A stretch of DNA of 64,000 nt from Candidatus Ozemobacteraceae bacterium (GTDB lineage Bacteria; Muiribacteriota; Ozemobacteria; Ozemobacterales; Ozemobacteraceae): contig OZ223236.1 of NCBI GenBank assembly GCA_965140445.1, forward strand, positions 4,608,001 through 4,672,000, written 5' to 3'. A program made the position numbers and the translations under genes. Positions 38,283 to 48,011 of the stretch are shown in pieces. The notes under the pieces were generated by a model. The model saw only the letters and a list, made by a program, of their open reading frames with translations. It was not told the origin of the DNA and ran no database searches. Each line of letters begins with the position of its first letter. The stretch's first letter is position 1.

Positions 38283-39566
38283 TTAGCTCCATTTATTAAT
38301 TAGACTTTTGACTTTTTCAACAAAGATTTTATCTGAGGCAAATTTTTCAACTAACTGTCTCAAAATAGTTAAGGCTTCTTCTTTTTCGCCCATCGCATTT
38401 AGTGCTTCTGCTTTTCCCATCAAAGCAAATCTGTCTTCTGCATCAAATTCTTTTAAAACCTGGTCATAGGTTCTCATTGCTCTATCATTCAAACCAACAT
38501 CCAGAAACATTCTTCCCAGAACATTTACTGCATAAACATCGTCTGGTTCATAATTAAGAGCAAACATCAAATTATAAATTGCATTTGGATAGTCCTGCTT
38601 TTCCTGATAAGCTTTCCCAAGATTGTAATAAGCAAAAGCGTAATCAGGCTGTATTTCAATAGCTTTCTTCAGGTAGCCAATAGCCTCTTCAAGCTCTTTT
38701 TTCATTATCAGTAATTTTCCCATATTGCTAAGGGTAAAAACATCTTCAGGATCTAGTGAAATTGCTGTAGCGAATTGCTTTTGAGCTTCTTCCAGCATTC
38801 CCTTGTCCATAAAAATCATTCCAAGATTTTTACTGATTGAGAGTTTCTCTGACTCCGAAGATAAAGCAATATTGAAATGCTCGTTAGCCTGTTCCAGAGA
38901 AGAGGAAGTTTCAAGACAAATTCTTCCAAGGTAATAATGCGCTTCACTATTGCTGGAATCAATCGCCAGAACCCTGTTAAAATAATTTTGGGACGTAGAA
39001 AATTCTCGTAACTCAAGCTCTAATCTGCCAAGTAAAACCATAGCAGCAATGTTCTGAGAATCTTTTTTCAAAATTTCATTGGCTAGTCTTTCAGCTTCGA
39101 CGGGATCGCCAAGCTCAAACATTACAGTGGCAAGACTAACTTTGTTATATAAATCACCAGGATCTACTTCCAAAGCCTTTTCAAGAATACTTACACACTT
39201 TTTGTAATCACCTTTCATTCTATAAGCCAAAGCCAATGAATTGCTTGCATACTTGTCTTTGGGGTTTTTCTGAACGGTAACTTCAAGAGTTTCAATTGCT
39301 TTTTCAATATTTCCTTGCTCTAAATAGGTGTTACCAACCAGATAATTAGTGTATAAGTCTTCCTGTTTAACTTTTAAAGAATCATCCAGCAAATCCATGG
39401 CACCTTTGAAATCTCCCATTTCCTTAAGGACCATAGCCAGCTTATTCATTGTATAAATGTCATTAGGCTTATGCTTTAACGCCTCACCAAAAAAATTCTT
39501 TGCATCCTGAAGTTTATTTTCTTTTAAAGCTTCATTCCCTTTGGTATAGGCTTCTTGAAAATCCAT
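38283..39566 (-). CDS. Cytoplasmic TPR protein
   Basis: Tandem TPR units across the whole length (AHYYLG, AYYNLG, KAIEIQPD). Confidence 0.88.
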   Translation of the reverse strand: MDFQEAYTKGNEALKENKLQDAKNFFGEALKHKPNDIYTMNKLAMVLKEMGDFKGAMDLLDDSLKVKQEDLYTNYLVGNTYLEQGNIEKAIETLEVTVQKNPKDKYASNSLALAYRMKGDYKKCVSILEKALEVDPGDLYNKVSLATVMFELGDPVEAERLANEILKKDSQNIAAMVLLGRLELELREFSTSQNYFNRVLAIDSSNSEAHYYLGRICLETSSSLEQANEHFNIALSSESEKLSISKNLGMIFMDKGMLEEAQKQFATAISLDPEDVFTLSNMGKLLIMKKELEEAIGYLKKAIEIQPDYAFAYYNLGKAYQEKQDYPNAIYNLMFALNYEPDDVYAVNVLGRMFLDVGLNDRAMRTYDQVLKEFDAEDRFALMGKAEALNAMGEKEEALTILRQLVEKFASDKIFVEKVKSLINKWS

Positions 39567-39730
39567 TAACGGGCCTCCTGCACTCTATCTATAGTAAGCG
39601 AATTCTATATTATAAAATCTCTCTCGCAAAAGCGTTTTAGAACAAAACGTTTTTACCATATTACTCTTTTGAAAGAATTTCTTCCAAACTTTATTTACTT
39701 ATAATTGAAATACAGTGAGACAGCAGCAGT

Positions 39731-42286
39731 CTACAAGTCTATATCCAAATCTGCTTTCAGGCTTGTAAGTGAAGCAGCTACCTGTCTTCTCACCACTGGA
39801 TCTTTATCGGAAAGAGCATTAATCAACGGTTCCACGCCCTGAGCCATTCCGAGTTTCCCCAAAGCATAGGCTGCAGATGCACGCATATTTGGTTCCAGGT
39901 CTTTAATCATTTTAGAAAGCAAATCAAAAACCTTCATATCGCCGTATTTTCCAAGGGCGATAAGAATATTGGCCTTAACTCGATTGTCCTGTTCATCAAC
40001 CAAAAGATTCAAAAATTCATAAACTCTTTTTCCACCAATGGACTCAAGAGCTTCAACAGTGTTGGCTTTAACTCTACGATCATTCGATCTCAATTTTTCG
40101 GTCAAAACAGAAATATGATCCTCGCTACCGACCTTGCCCAGACTTCTTATAGCACGAGAGAGAACTCTAGGTTCTTTTTCCATATCAATGATCTTTACAA
40201 GAAATTCACACAAACCCTTCGGCTTTTGTCTTTCCAGCGCTTCAAGAACATGATATCGAACAGATGGGTCCTTATCTTCAAACCATGCAAAAAGCCTCTC
40301 CGTCTGGCTGATATCAGCGGTTGACTTTAAAATCCTAAGAACCATTACTTTGGTCCATGAAGTATATTTATCAAAATTAACAATCATGTCTTCTGAGGAT
40401 TTAAAGCCTTTAAGAACGAAGGCGTTTAAGCGGCCTTGATCACCAGATAAAACTTCCAGCTCATCAAATTCAAAAACATCTTTCAAAAGAATGTGCATGT
40501 CTCGGCTGGCAATAACTTCATCATTGTCCTGAATCTTGCTTAGTGTTCTAAAATCAATAAATCCATCTCCAAGCAAGTCAAAAGAACCATCTTCGTTGGT
40601 AATTTTCCCTCTTACCATCTCTGCGGCGTGCAAAGTAATCTTGGGAGAAAAAGGCATGTCCGGCTTCCTTCCCAAATCTTTTGCAATCATTCTGGCAGCA
40701 TTTAAAGAATTCAATAAAGTGTCGTGCTTATTAGATTGGTGAAAGACTGCAAGGATTCCGGAAGGAAGCAACTGCAAAGAAACATCCCTTCCTGAATGAC
40801 AAATCTTTCTAACAGTATCAAAAGCTTCCTGAATAAAGGAGAAAATTCTTTGCCCCTCTACCCTTTCGATGGAATCGTCGATTCCACTAAAATATACAAA
40901 GATCGAAACCGTAAAAACCTTTTCTCCATTCTTATCAGAATCGGAAAGAGCCTTTAAAGTTCTATCAACAATGCTTTTACTTACATATTGTTGGAGACCT
41001 TTTCCAATCAGGTCCCTCTCTTTCATACTCATAAGCATAAAATTAAATGCGTGAGCCATTTGTCCAAGTTCGTCATTTCTTTCGATAAAAATCTGCTGGT
41101 TCATGTCTCCCGCTGTGACTTTCTCCATTGCTTTAATAAACCATGCAATCTCTTTCGAAACCCTCTTGGAAAGCAAGTGCATTAAAAATAATAAAATTAT
41201 CAGACCACCAAGAAAAATGAACACTATCTTGTTCCTTAAAACATATAGCGGTTCATATGGGCTGGAGTTTCTGAAAGCTGCTCTTAAGGTTCCAAGGCGT
41301 CGAGTTCCTTTCATTAGAGGAACATAAGCCTCATGCATATCCTGCAATCCAAGTTTAAAGATAATTGGATGATCTGAATTTAAACTTCGAGAATAATTCT
41401 GATCTATTTCAACCTTTTGCCCTACCATTGTTGGATCTGAGTGAAATATAATCTGATCATCTTTAATAACTGAAACCAGGGAAAAGTCATCGTCTACTGA
41501 AACTAAGTTGTAAGCTTCTTTAAGATCCTTTTCTTCGCCGGTTTCAATAAATCTCACCGCGGGGGGTGCAAACATTTTGGCAACGTATAGCCCGTGCCTT
41601 ACAAAATTTTGTCGCCAATGCTGATCATACCAGTTCTGAATGGTCATGCGCGTACCAAGAAATAGCAACAATATTGCAAGAGCTGTTCCACCAAGGAGTG
41701 TGTGCTGCAAATTTGAAGTATTATGCATTCTCACATACCAATAAGTGGCCAATCCAAGCATCAGTATGGCAAAAATCAGAGTATTTCTGAATTTTACATG
41801 GTTTAGGTTTTTCTCTTCGGCAGACCGAAAAAAGCCAACTCGAAGAACCACTTTCTTTTCAGTCAGCGTTATTAAAGGAATAGCTGCCTCAATCATCGGA
41901 ATTGTTCTTGAGGTGTCTGTAAAAGGAATCAACTGAAGATGAGCAGACTTGATTGCAGCTTCTTCAACGCTCTCTAGAACTCCAACTGGAATACTAAAAT
42001 TTTCCGCCTTTGCCAGAACAGCCCCATCGGCCTGTTGTACCAAAGCATATGCCACAGCTTCTTCGGATAATAAATTGGACAATCTGGGCGTTAAGTCCAT
42101 TCTTCTGTTTAGCATATCAACAATTTCACGTGCCAGAAGCTTTACAAGCAGAACTCGCCGATTGGCATAACGGTTTTCAACTTCATCCAAGTCTGAAATT
42201 GTAAAATAGTATGCAAATGAAACAAGTGAAATTATTACAAGTGCAATAAGAGTACGTTCAAGAAAACGGGATTCATTAAATGCCAT
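39731..42286 (-). CDS. 4TM-HAMP receptor with degenerate class III cyclase domain and C-terminal HEAT repeats
   Basis: HAMP (RNDELGQMAHAFNFM), QQYVSKSIV transducer element, degenerate cyclase fold, HEAT repeats (RVKAN, RASAAYALG, DPVVRRQV). Confidence 0.8.
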   Translation of the reverse strand: MAFNESRFLERTLIALVIISLVSFAYYFTISDLDEVENRYANRRVLLVKLLAREIVDMLNRRMDLTPRLSNLLSEEAVAYALVQQADGAVLAKAENFSIPVGVLESVEEAAIKSAHLQLIPFTDTSRTIPMIEAAIPLITLTEKKVVLRVGFFRSAEEKNLNHVKFRNTLIFAILMLGLATYWYVRMHNTSNLQHTLLGGTALAILLLFLGTRMTIQNWYDQHWRQNFVRHGLYVAKMFAPPAVRFIETGEEKDLKEAYNLVSVDDDFSLVSVIKDDQIIFHSDPTMVGQKVEIDQNYSRSLNSDHPIIFKLGLQDMHEAYVPLMKGTRRLGTLRAAFRNSSPYEPLYVLRNKIVFIFLGGLIILLFLMHLLSKRVSKEIAWFIKAMEKVTAGDMNQQIFIERNDELGQMAHAFNFMLMSMKERDLIGKGLQQYVSKSIVDRTLKALSDSDKNGEKVFTVSIFVYFSGIDDSIERVEGQRIFSFIQEAFDTVRKICHSGRDVSLQLLPSGILAVFHQSNKHDTLLNSLNAARMIAKDLGRKPDMPFSPKITLHAAEMVRGKITNEDGSFDLLGDGFIDFRTLSKIQDNDEVIASRDMHILLKDVFEFDELEVLSGDQGRLNAFVLKGFKSSEDMIVNFDKYTSWTKVMVLRILKSTADISQTERLFAWFEDKDPSVRYHVLEALERQKPKGLCEFLVKIIDMEKEPRVLSRAIRSLGKVGSEDHISVLTEKLRSNDRRVKANTVEALESIGGKRVYEFLNLLVDEQDNRVKANILIALGKYGDMKVFDLLSKMIKDLEPNMRASAAYALGKLGMAQGVEPLINALSDKDPVVRRQVAASLTSLKADLDIDL

Positions 42287-42302
42287 AAAAACCAGCCTGG
42301 TA

Positions 42303-43886
42303 TTAGTCTTTCTGCTGAATTAAATCTACAAAATTAGCTGCAACTTCAGGATCAAATTGAGTCCCACTGCATTTTTTGATTTCAGCAATAGCTTCTTCGA
42401 CGGATAATGCCTTACGATAAGGCCTGTCAGTTGTCATTGCATCGTATGTATCAACAACGCTTATAATTCTTGCAAGAAGAGGAATTTCTGTGCTTTTTAA
42501 TCCCTCTGGATAGCCTTTTCCATCATATCTTTCATGGTGGTGACGAATAATAGAAACAATTCCTGATAAAAACTCGACTTTTCCAAGAATCTTGGTTCCA
42601 AGTTCGGGATGTGATTTTATAATATCAAATTCTTCGTTTGTCAGGCGCCCAGGCTTATTTAAAATTCCTTCCGGGATTCCTATTTTTCCGATGTCATGAA
42701 GCAGTCCACCCAACTTAATGCTTTCTACTTCCTGATTTGAAAGATTCATTGCTTTAGCTAATTTCACTGAAAGATCAGTTACTCTTTCTGAGTGTCCACG
42801 CGTATAACTATCTTTTGCATCTATGGCGCTTGTTAAAGCGGATAAAGTGTCAATATACGCCCTTTGCAGATTATGAAATAAATCAGCATTTTGTATAACA
42901 AAAGCAATTTGACTACCTAAAATTCTTAGTAAATCTAAATCTTCTGGTCTAAAAGAAGCATTTCCCTTTTTATTGGCCAGCTGAATTACTCCCAGGAATT
43001 TATCTCTGGGCTTAAGAGGTAAGGCAATTGTATCTCTAATTTCGTGGTTTGCAACTTTGTTCTTCTCTGACTCAAAAAACTCACTTGAAGACAAATCAAC
43101 TATCAGACGCTGTTTTTCTTCTCTTCTGATGGTTTTTATAAGTTCAGTGTATCCGGAATCATGATCAAGAGAAAACTCTTCAAGTCCCTTATCAGACTGA
43201 ACCTGGACAAAATATGGGTGCTTATCATTCTCTCGCACAAGAAAAATACAAGCAATTTCACTATCTGTGCCATCTCTGGCAATCGAAAGGAATTTATCAA
43301 CCAGGGTGCCCAAATCAATGTTTGTGACAATCTCTTTCCCGAGAATAAAAACATTGCTCAACACCAAAAGCCGCTTAAACATTCTTTCATAAAGAATTGC
43401 GCTTTCTAATGATGCTGCCGCCTGCCGCGCAAGAATTGGCAATATCTCGCATATATTTTCAGGAGCATTGGAATTAAGCTTTAAACCAATGACGCCAAGC
43501 ATTCTATGACGGCGAACCAAAGGTAAAAGAATGAAATCATCAATTGTGACTATTTCAGCTTCTGATTCTTGCCATCTAACGTATTCTTCCTTGAATTTTC
43601 TGCGAATCTTTTCCATCTTCTCTTCAAGGATAAGATTACTAATTCTTACGTCCAGTTCAGAAGGGTCTTTACCTGCCAGGGAGAAAAAGGAAGAGTCTGC
43701 TTTACACAAAATTAAAGCTTTTTTCAAAATGGCCTTCAAAAGAGAGTCAAGTTCGATAAAAAAACCAGTTTCATCCAAAGAAAGCAACTCTTGCAGCTGT
43801 TTCTTCAGAGTCTCGTTCTCACGAACGAGTGCGTCTTTATTGCCCCTGTCTCCAGATCCTGGAGTTAACCATGAAATATCAAACAT
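42303..43886 (-). CDS. GAF-GAF-HD-GYP cyclic-dinucleotide phosphodiesterase
   Basis: KDSYTRGHSERV, LHDIGK, HHHERYDGKGYP and DTYDAMTTDRPYR motifs; two GAF-like regions. Confidence 0.92.
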   Translation of the reverse strand: MFDISWLTPGSGDRGNKDALVRENETLKKQLQELLSLDETGFFIELDSLLKAILKKALILCKADSSFFSLAGKDPSELDVRISNLILEEKMEKIRRKFKEEYVRWQESEAEIVTIDDFILLPLVRRHRMLGVIGLKLNSNAPENICEILPILARQAAASLESAILYERMFKRLLVLSNVFILGKEIVTNIDLGTLVDKFLSIARDGTDSEIACIFLVRENDKHPYFVQVQSDKGLEEFSLDHDSGYTELIKTIRREEKQRLIVDLSSSEFFESEKNKVANHEIRDTIALPLKPRDKFLGVIQLANKKGNASFRPEDLDLLRILGSQIAFVIQNADLFHNLQRAYIDTLSALTSAIDAKDSYTRGHSERVTDLSVKLAKAMNLSNQEVESIKLGGLLHDIGKIGIPEGILNKPGRLTNEEFDIIKSHPELGTKILGKVEFLSGIVSIIRHHHERYDGKGYPEGLKSTEIPLLARIISVVDTYDAMTTDRPYRKALSVEEAIAEIKKCSGTQFDPEVAANFVDLIQQKD

Positions 43887-43954
43887 AATTAGGGCATTTT
43901 ACCACTTAAAAAGCACAAATACAATCAAAAGAGAACAGACTTGGAAGTCCTGTT

Positions 43955-45505
43955 TTACTCACTTCTGACCACTCTTCCAGAAATGGATAGCTCTATTGGA
44001 CCATTCATACTTTGTTTTTCTATGTATTTTTGAACAGCATCTCTTAACTGAAGACCATACTGAAGGTTACGTCCTCTCTTGAATGCAAGAAAGTTATCTC
44101 CACCATCAGCTAGAAAGCTATTAGTTGTAACACTATAGGTTTGCGTAGCCACAACTGGACTACCATCAACCAGCACTTCTTTCAGCTCATAGTCATTAAA
44201 GCCACGATTCGCAAATTTATAACTGCAACCTGAAACCTGCAAAATTCCACGCCTGATGCTGGCAGAATTGGTGAAAAGTTCAAGTAAATCATTTCCCGAA
44301 AGATTCATAGTTACCAATTGGTTGTCAAAGGGCATGACATCAAATAAGTCCCCAAAAGTCATTTCACCTTCACGAATATTGTTTTGTATACCACCACTAT
44401 TTTGAATGGCAATTTCTGCCCCGGTGCTATCTCTCATAGCATCTGTAATCATGTTTCCGATGGGGCATTCCTGACTAAACATTCTTTTATAATCACCAGC
44501 AAAACTACCAATGACTTTCTCTTTAATAGCTCCCACCTGTCTGGTTTCATTATCTATTATTTCTTGAACCTTTTTGTCTGGATCTACCTCGCCAAGATTA
44601 ACTGGGATTCTTCTTCCCGCAAAGGAAATAACCTTAACTGGTTTCCCTGAAAGCTCAAGATCAAGAACATCAATTTCCTTACTTTTATTGTAACCACTCA
44701 CAGTTTTTATTATGATTCCATCTTTCATTATTGCAGGAGGATTATCGACCTGATAATCAAGCATCACACAAATATCAGGCTGTGCATCTGCAATCGCAGT
44801 CCATTCAGCGGGACTGATTCTCTCTTTATCGTAAAGGGTTAGCAGTACAACTAAATCAACAGAGGCCTGACGAAGGTTTGCAATTCTTTTCTTTAAAGAA
44901 GAATCAGGCGGTAAAAACTCCAACCCCAGCACATTCCCCTTTGATGTTAGATCAGGCGTATTTGGGGGTGTAATCCCTACTATACCGATCTTAAGGCCTC
45001 TTCCAGGGGTAAGAATCAATTCGGGATTAATATATGATGGAGTGTGTTCGGTTCCTGCCTCATGAATATTTGAGCTTAAAAACGGAAATTCAGATTGAGC
45101 AGAAAGCTCTTTCAAGCGCTCTTGTCCAAAAGTAAACTCAATATTTCCAACAAGCATACCTTCAAGATTACAGCCATTTAAAGCTTTCACAACTGCAAGT
45201 CCTCGGGTGAAATATGCATCAGCGGTTCCTGAAATCTCACTTCCGACCGAAAGGTAATTAAATGGCTCTCCTGAAAATGAGGCCACTGTTTCTTTGACAA
45301 CGGTCGCGATACCAGCAGCTCCACCCATTTTTTTCCCTTTGTAGGGCCTGAACTTCGCTTTAAAAGGATGAATCCTACCCTTAGAAATACCAGAAATAAT
45401 TAAATGATACCTGCTATTCCCAGATGGTTTTAGTAAAACAAAAACCACTATTATTAATACCAATATAGAAAATACTAAAAACACTTGTCCCAAGCGGTTA
45501 AACAT
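43955..45505 (-). CDS. 5'-nucleotidase (UshA/CD73) homologue lacking metal ligands, membrane-anchored
   Basis: N-terminal TM; GGAA, GNIEF, IGIVGIT; C-terminal domain motifs QNSGGI, MPFDN and FLADGGDNF. Confidence 0.8.
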   Translation of the reverse strand: MFNRLGQVFLVFSILVLIIVVFVLLKPSGNSRYHLIISGISKGRIHPFKAKFRPYKGKKMGGAAGIATVVKETVASFSGEPFNYLSVGSEISGTADAYFTRGLAVVKALNGCNLEGMLVGNIEFTFGQERLKELSAQSEFPFLSSNIHEAGTEHTPSYINPELILTPGRGLKIGIVGITPPNTPDLTSKGNVLGLEFLPPDSSLKKRIANLRQASVDLVVLLTLYDKERISPAEWTAIADAQPDICVMLDYQVDNPPAIMKDGIIIKTVSGYNKSKEIDVLDLELSGKPVKVISFAGRRIPVNLGEVDPDKKVQEIIDNETRQVGAIKEKVIGSFAGDYKRMFSQECPIGNMITDAMRDSTGAEIAIQNSGGIQNNIREGEMTFGDLFDVMPFDNQLVTMNLSGNDLLELFTNSASIRRGILQVSGCSYKFANRGFNDYELKEVLVDGSPVVATQTYSVTTNSFLADGGDNFLAFKRGRNLQYGLQLRDAVQKYIEKQSMNGPIELSISGRVVRSE

Positions 45506-45566
45506 GCTTTTCTCCTATCTTGTATTCTAGAGCCAGCGCACCTTTAACGCAACACCTTTTTTACAT

Positions 45567-45600
45567 AAAAAAACAGCCCCCTGTGAAGGAGGCTGTTTCT
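45567..45600 (-). terminator. Intrinsic terminator
   Basis: AAACAGCC...GGCTGTTT hairpin with a T-run on the minus strand, after the 45610 CDS. Confidence 0.75.
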
Positions 45601-45609
45601 GATTTCTAC

Positions 45610-47499
45610 TTAGAACTTATTCAGTTCTCTGAGTCTCTTTTCAAAATTAGACTTTTCTTTTTTATTGTCTGGATGGTTTGCACCATGGATCAGACCTTCT
45701 TTAATTTTCTTTGTAACATCCTGAATCATTTTCTTGGATTTCATTCCGAATTTTTTCATCTTGTGCTTGAAAAAGCTGAAATATTTTCCAGATTTTCCTT
45801 TATTCTTCTGAATGTCCCAAACAATTACTCTGGTCAAGATGTCTGCTCTCATTTCTCGACTGATGTATGTTTCGTTAATACTTTGTTTTGCTTCATCAGA
45901 AGACCCTTTGCCTCTTCTAATATTAGCTTTAAAGGTTGTAATCTCATAGGATTCTTTTATCAGCTTATCCATAAGATCGCCCAAAGTATCTACACCAACT
46001 TTTTTATACTCCATGTAAGCCATGGCAGCTTGAGAGATATCACCAAACTGCTGAGTCTGACTTGCATCACTGGCCTGGTCAGCTTGATCGGCTTGATCAG
46101 CTTGATCGCTATCGCTTGACTGAGAACTCTGGCTAGACTGGCCGGACTGAGAACTCTGACCAGATTGGCCTGCCTGAGAACTGTCATCTGATGGAGGAGT
46201 TTGCCCTGGTTCATCTGCTGGTGGAAGATCGTCAGGAAGAGCAGGATCTTCAGGTTCGTCAGCTGGAGACTGATTAGCCTGGTCGGCATCATCAGCTGGA
46301 GATTGATCTGCTGGAGGAGCCTGGTCGGCATCATCAGCTGGAGACTGGTCTGCTGGAGGAGCCTGGTCGGCATCATCAGCTGGAGACTGGTCTGCTGGAG
46401 GAGCCTGGTCGGAATCATCAGCTGGAGACTGGTCTGCTGGAGGAGCCTGGTCAGCATCATCAGCTGGAGACTGGTCTGCTGGAGGAGCCTGGTCGGCATC
46501 ATCAGCTGGAGACTGGTCTGCTGGAGGAGCCTGGTCGGCATCATCAGCTGGAGACTGGTCTGCTGGAGGAGCCTGGTCAGCATCATCAGCTGGAGATTGA
46601 TCTGCTGGAGGAGCCTGGTCAGAATCATCAGCTGGAGATTGATCTGCTGGAGGAGCCTGGTCAGAATCATCAGCTGGAGACTGGTCTGCTGGAGGAGCCT
46701 GGTCGGAATCATCAGCTGGAGACTGGTCTGCTGGAGGAGCCTGATCGGCATCATCAGCTGGAGACTGGTCTGCTGGAGGAGTTTGATCTACATCGCCAGC
46801 TGGTGGTATGTCCGCTGGTGGAAGTGGATCTGATTCATCACCTGGCATAGGGTCGTTACCCTGTGCTGGATCATTGCCCTGTGCTGGGTCATTGCCCTGC
46901 ACTGGATCATTGCCTTGAACTGGATCATTGCCTTGAACTGGATCGTTACCCTGGTTAGGATTGTTTCCTTGATTAGGATTGTTTCCACCTAGTTCTGCTG
47001 CTTCTTTTGGAGTTAACTTTCTCCAATGACCCTTTTTCCAAACACCTTTTTTCGTATAGTGTCCGCAAACCCACACACGTTTTTTCTTACCTGTGAGTTT
47101 CCACTTAACCCATACTCCAGAATCTTTAAAAGCATTGTTAATTTTAGCGCCGGTTACTTTTACAACTCTACCGGTTTTAATTGCAGCTTTTTTAATTGCT
47201 TTGCCAGTTTTCTTAGCTGCTTTTTTGATAGCTTTTTTACTTTTCTTGGCGGCAGTTTTAATTGCTTTACCTGTTTTTTGGGCAGCTTTTTTAACAGCTT
47301 TAGCTGTCTTTTTTGAGGCCTTTTTAATAGCTTTTTTAGTTTTAGTAGCTACTTTTTTTATTGATTTACCAATTTTGGTAAAAAATCCTGATTTCTTTTT
47401 CTTACTTGATCCAGTTCCTTTTCCAGCAAATACTTGAACTGAAAATAAGAAACATAAAACTGAAACAAGAGCAATAATTCTTGTCCATCTCTTAGACAT
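45610..47499 (-). CDS. Secreted low-complexity repeat protein (basic KKA repeats, WxxGxW motifs, acidic Pro/Asp repeats)
   Basis: Signal peptide; GGAGG SD; KTGKAIKKAA repeats; VWVCGHY and VWKKGHW; GNDPxQ and DQAPPADQSPADDA repeats. Confidence 0.85.
   Translation of the reverse strand: MSKRWTRIIALVSVLCFLFSVQVFAGKGTGSSKKKKSGFFTKIGKSIKKVATKTKKAIKKASKKTAKAVKKAAQKTGKAIKTAAKKSKKAIKKAAKKTGKAIKKAAIKTGRVVKVTGAKINNAFKDSGVWVKWKLTGKKKRVWVCGHYTKKGVWKKGHWRKLTPKEAAELGGNNPNQGNNPNQGNDPVQGNDPVQGNDPVQGNDPAQGNDPAQGNDPMPGDESDPLPPADIPPAGDVDQTPPADQSPADDADQAPPADQSPADDSDQAPPADQSPADDSDQAPPADQSPADDSDQAPPADQSPADDADQAPPADQSPADDADQAPPADQSPADDADQAPPADQSPADDADQAPPADQSPADDSDQAPPADQSPADDADQAPPADQSPADDADQAPPADQSPADDADQANQSPADEPEDPALPDDLPPADEPGQTPPSDDSSQAGQSGQSSQSGQSSQSSQSSDSDQADQADQADQASDASQTQQFGDISQAAMAYMEYKKVGVDTLGDLMDKLIKESYEITTFKANIRRGKGSSDEAKQSINETYISREMRADILTRVIVWDIQKNKGKSGKYFSFFKHKMKKFGMKSKKMIQDVTKKIKEGLIHGANHPDNKKEKSNFEKRLRELNKF
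46259..46788 (-). repeat. 42-bp (14-aa) coding tandem repeat, 12 copies plus a partial
   Basis: Plus-strand unit GCCTGGTCGGCATCATCAGCTGGAGACTGGTCTGCTGGAGGA encodes DQAPPADQSPADD(A/S). Confidence 0.95.
46848..46987 (-). repeat. 18-bp (6-aa) coding tandem repeat, about 7-8 copies
   Basis: GN(N/D)P(N/V/A)Q units. Confidence 0.9.
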
Positions 47500-47549
47500 T
47501 AGCTCTGCCCTCCAAAAAATAAATTTAACTCGCGTCGACTATAAAATGA

Positions 47550-47565
47550 AGCAAGTCCTGTACCA
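47550..47565 (-). promoter_or_regulatory. sigma54 (-24/-12) promoter
   Basis: Minus-strand TGGTACAGGACTTGCT matches TGGYAC-N5-TTGCW, about 50 nt before the ATG at 47499. Confidence 0.7.
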
Positions 47566-47646
47566 AAAACAAAATCCACACTCTAAGCCCGTGTAGGAGA
47601 ATTTATCTGAAAAGTAATCAAATTTTCAGCATCAGATTGCCAAAAA

Positions 47647-48003
47647 TTAGTCTTTTAAATCTTCAATCGCTTCTGCTTCGTTAGTACATAAACTGGCATA
47701 AAGAAAAACACCAACCATTTCAAAAACTTTCTCATAAATGTTGCTTAAACCGGTTACGGAGAGCCTTCCTCCATGATCGTCAACAATTTTTTCTGTTTGA
47801 GTTAAAATTGTTGCAACCGCCGGGCTATTAACCGTTATAGCCTTTTCAAAGTTGAACAAAAACTTTATGCACCCTGAATTAATGTATTTATCTATAATGC
47901 CTGGCAATACTTCCTCAAGATTAAATGACAAATCACCTTCAAAATAAATATATGCAATGCCATCAGTTTCTTTATCTTTAACCGAAAATCTACTTTCCTG
48001 CAT
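47647..48003 (-). CDS. STAS domain anti-anti-sigma factor
   Basis: FEGDL, VNSPAV and KVFEMVG motifs; GAGGTG SD before the ATG at 48003. Confidence 0.85.
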   Translation of the reverse strand: MQESRFSVKDKETDGIAYIYFEGDLSFNLEEVLPGIIDKYINSGCIKFLFNFEKAITVNSPAVATILTQTEKIVDDHGGRLSVTGLSNIYEKVFEMVGVFLYASLCTNEAEAIEDLKD

Positions 48004-48011
48004 TTGACACC

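Noticed and set aside
46259..46788. Regular 42-bp repeats as a possible CRISPR array
   Set aside because: The units are contiguous with no unique spacers, lie in frame within a CDS, and no cas genes are present.
45990..46833. Long alternative-frame ORFs (45990-46754 minus, 46201-46833 plus)
   Set aside because: Stop-free shadows of the tandem repeat, with no SD or independent features.
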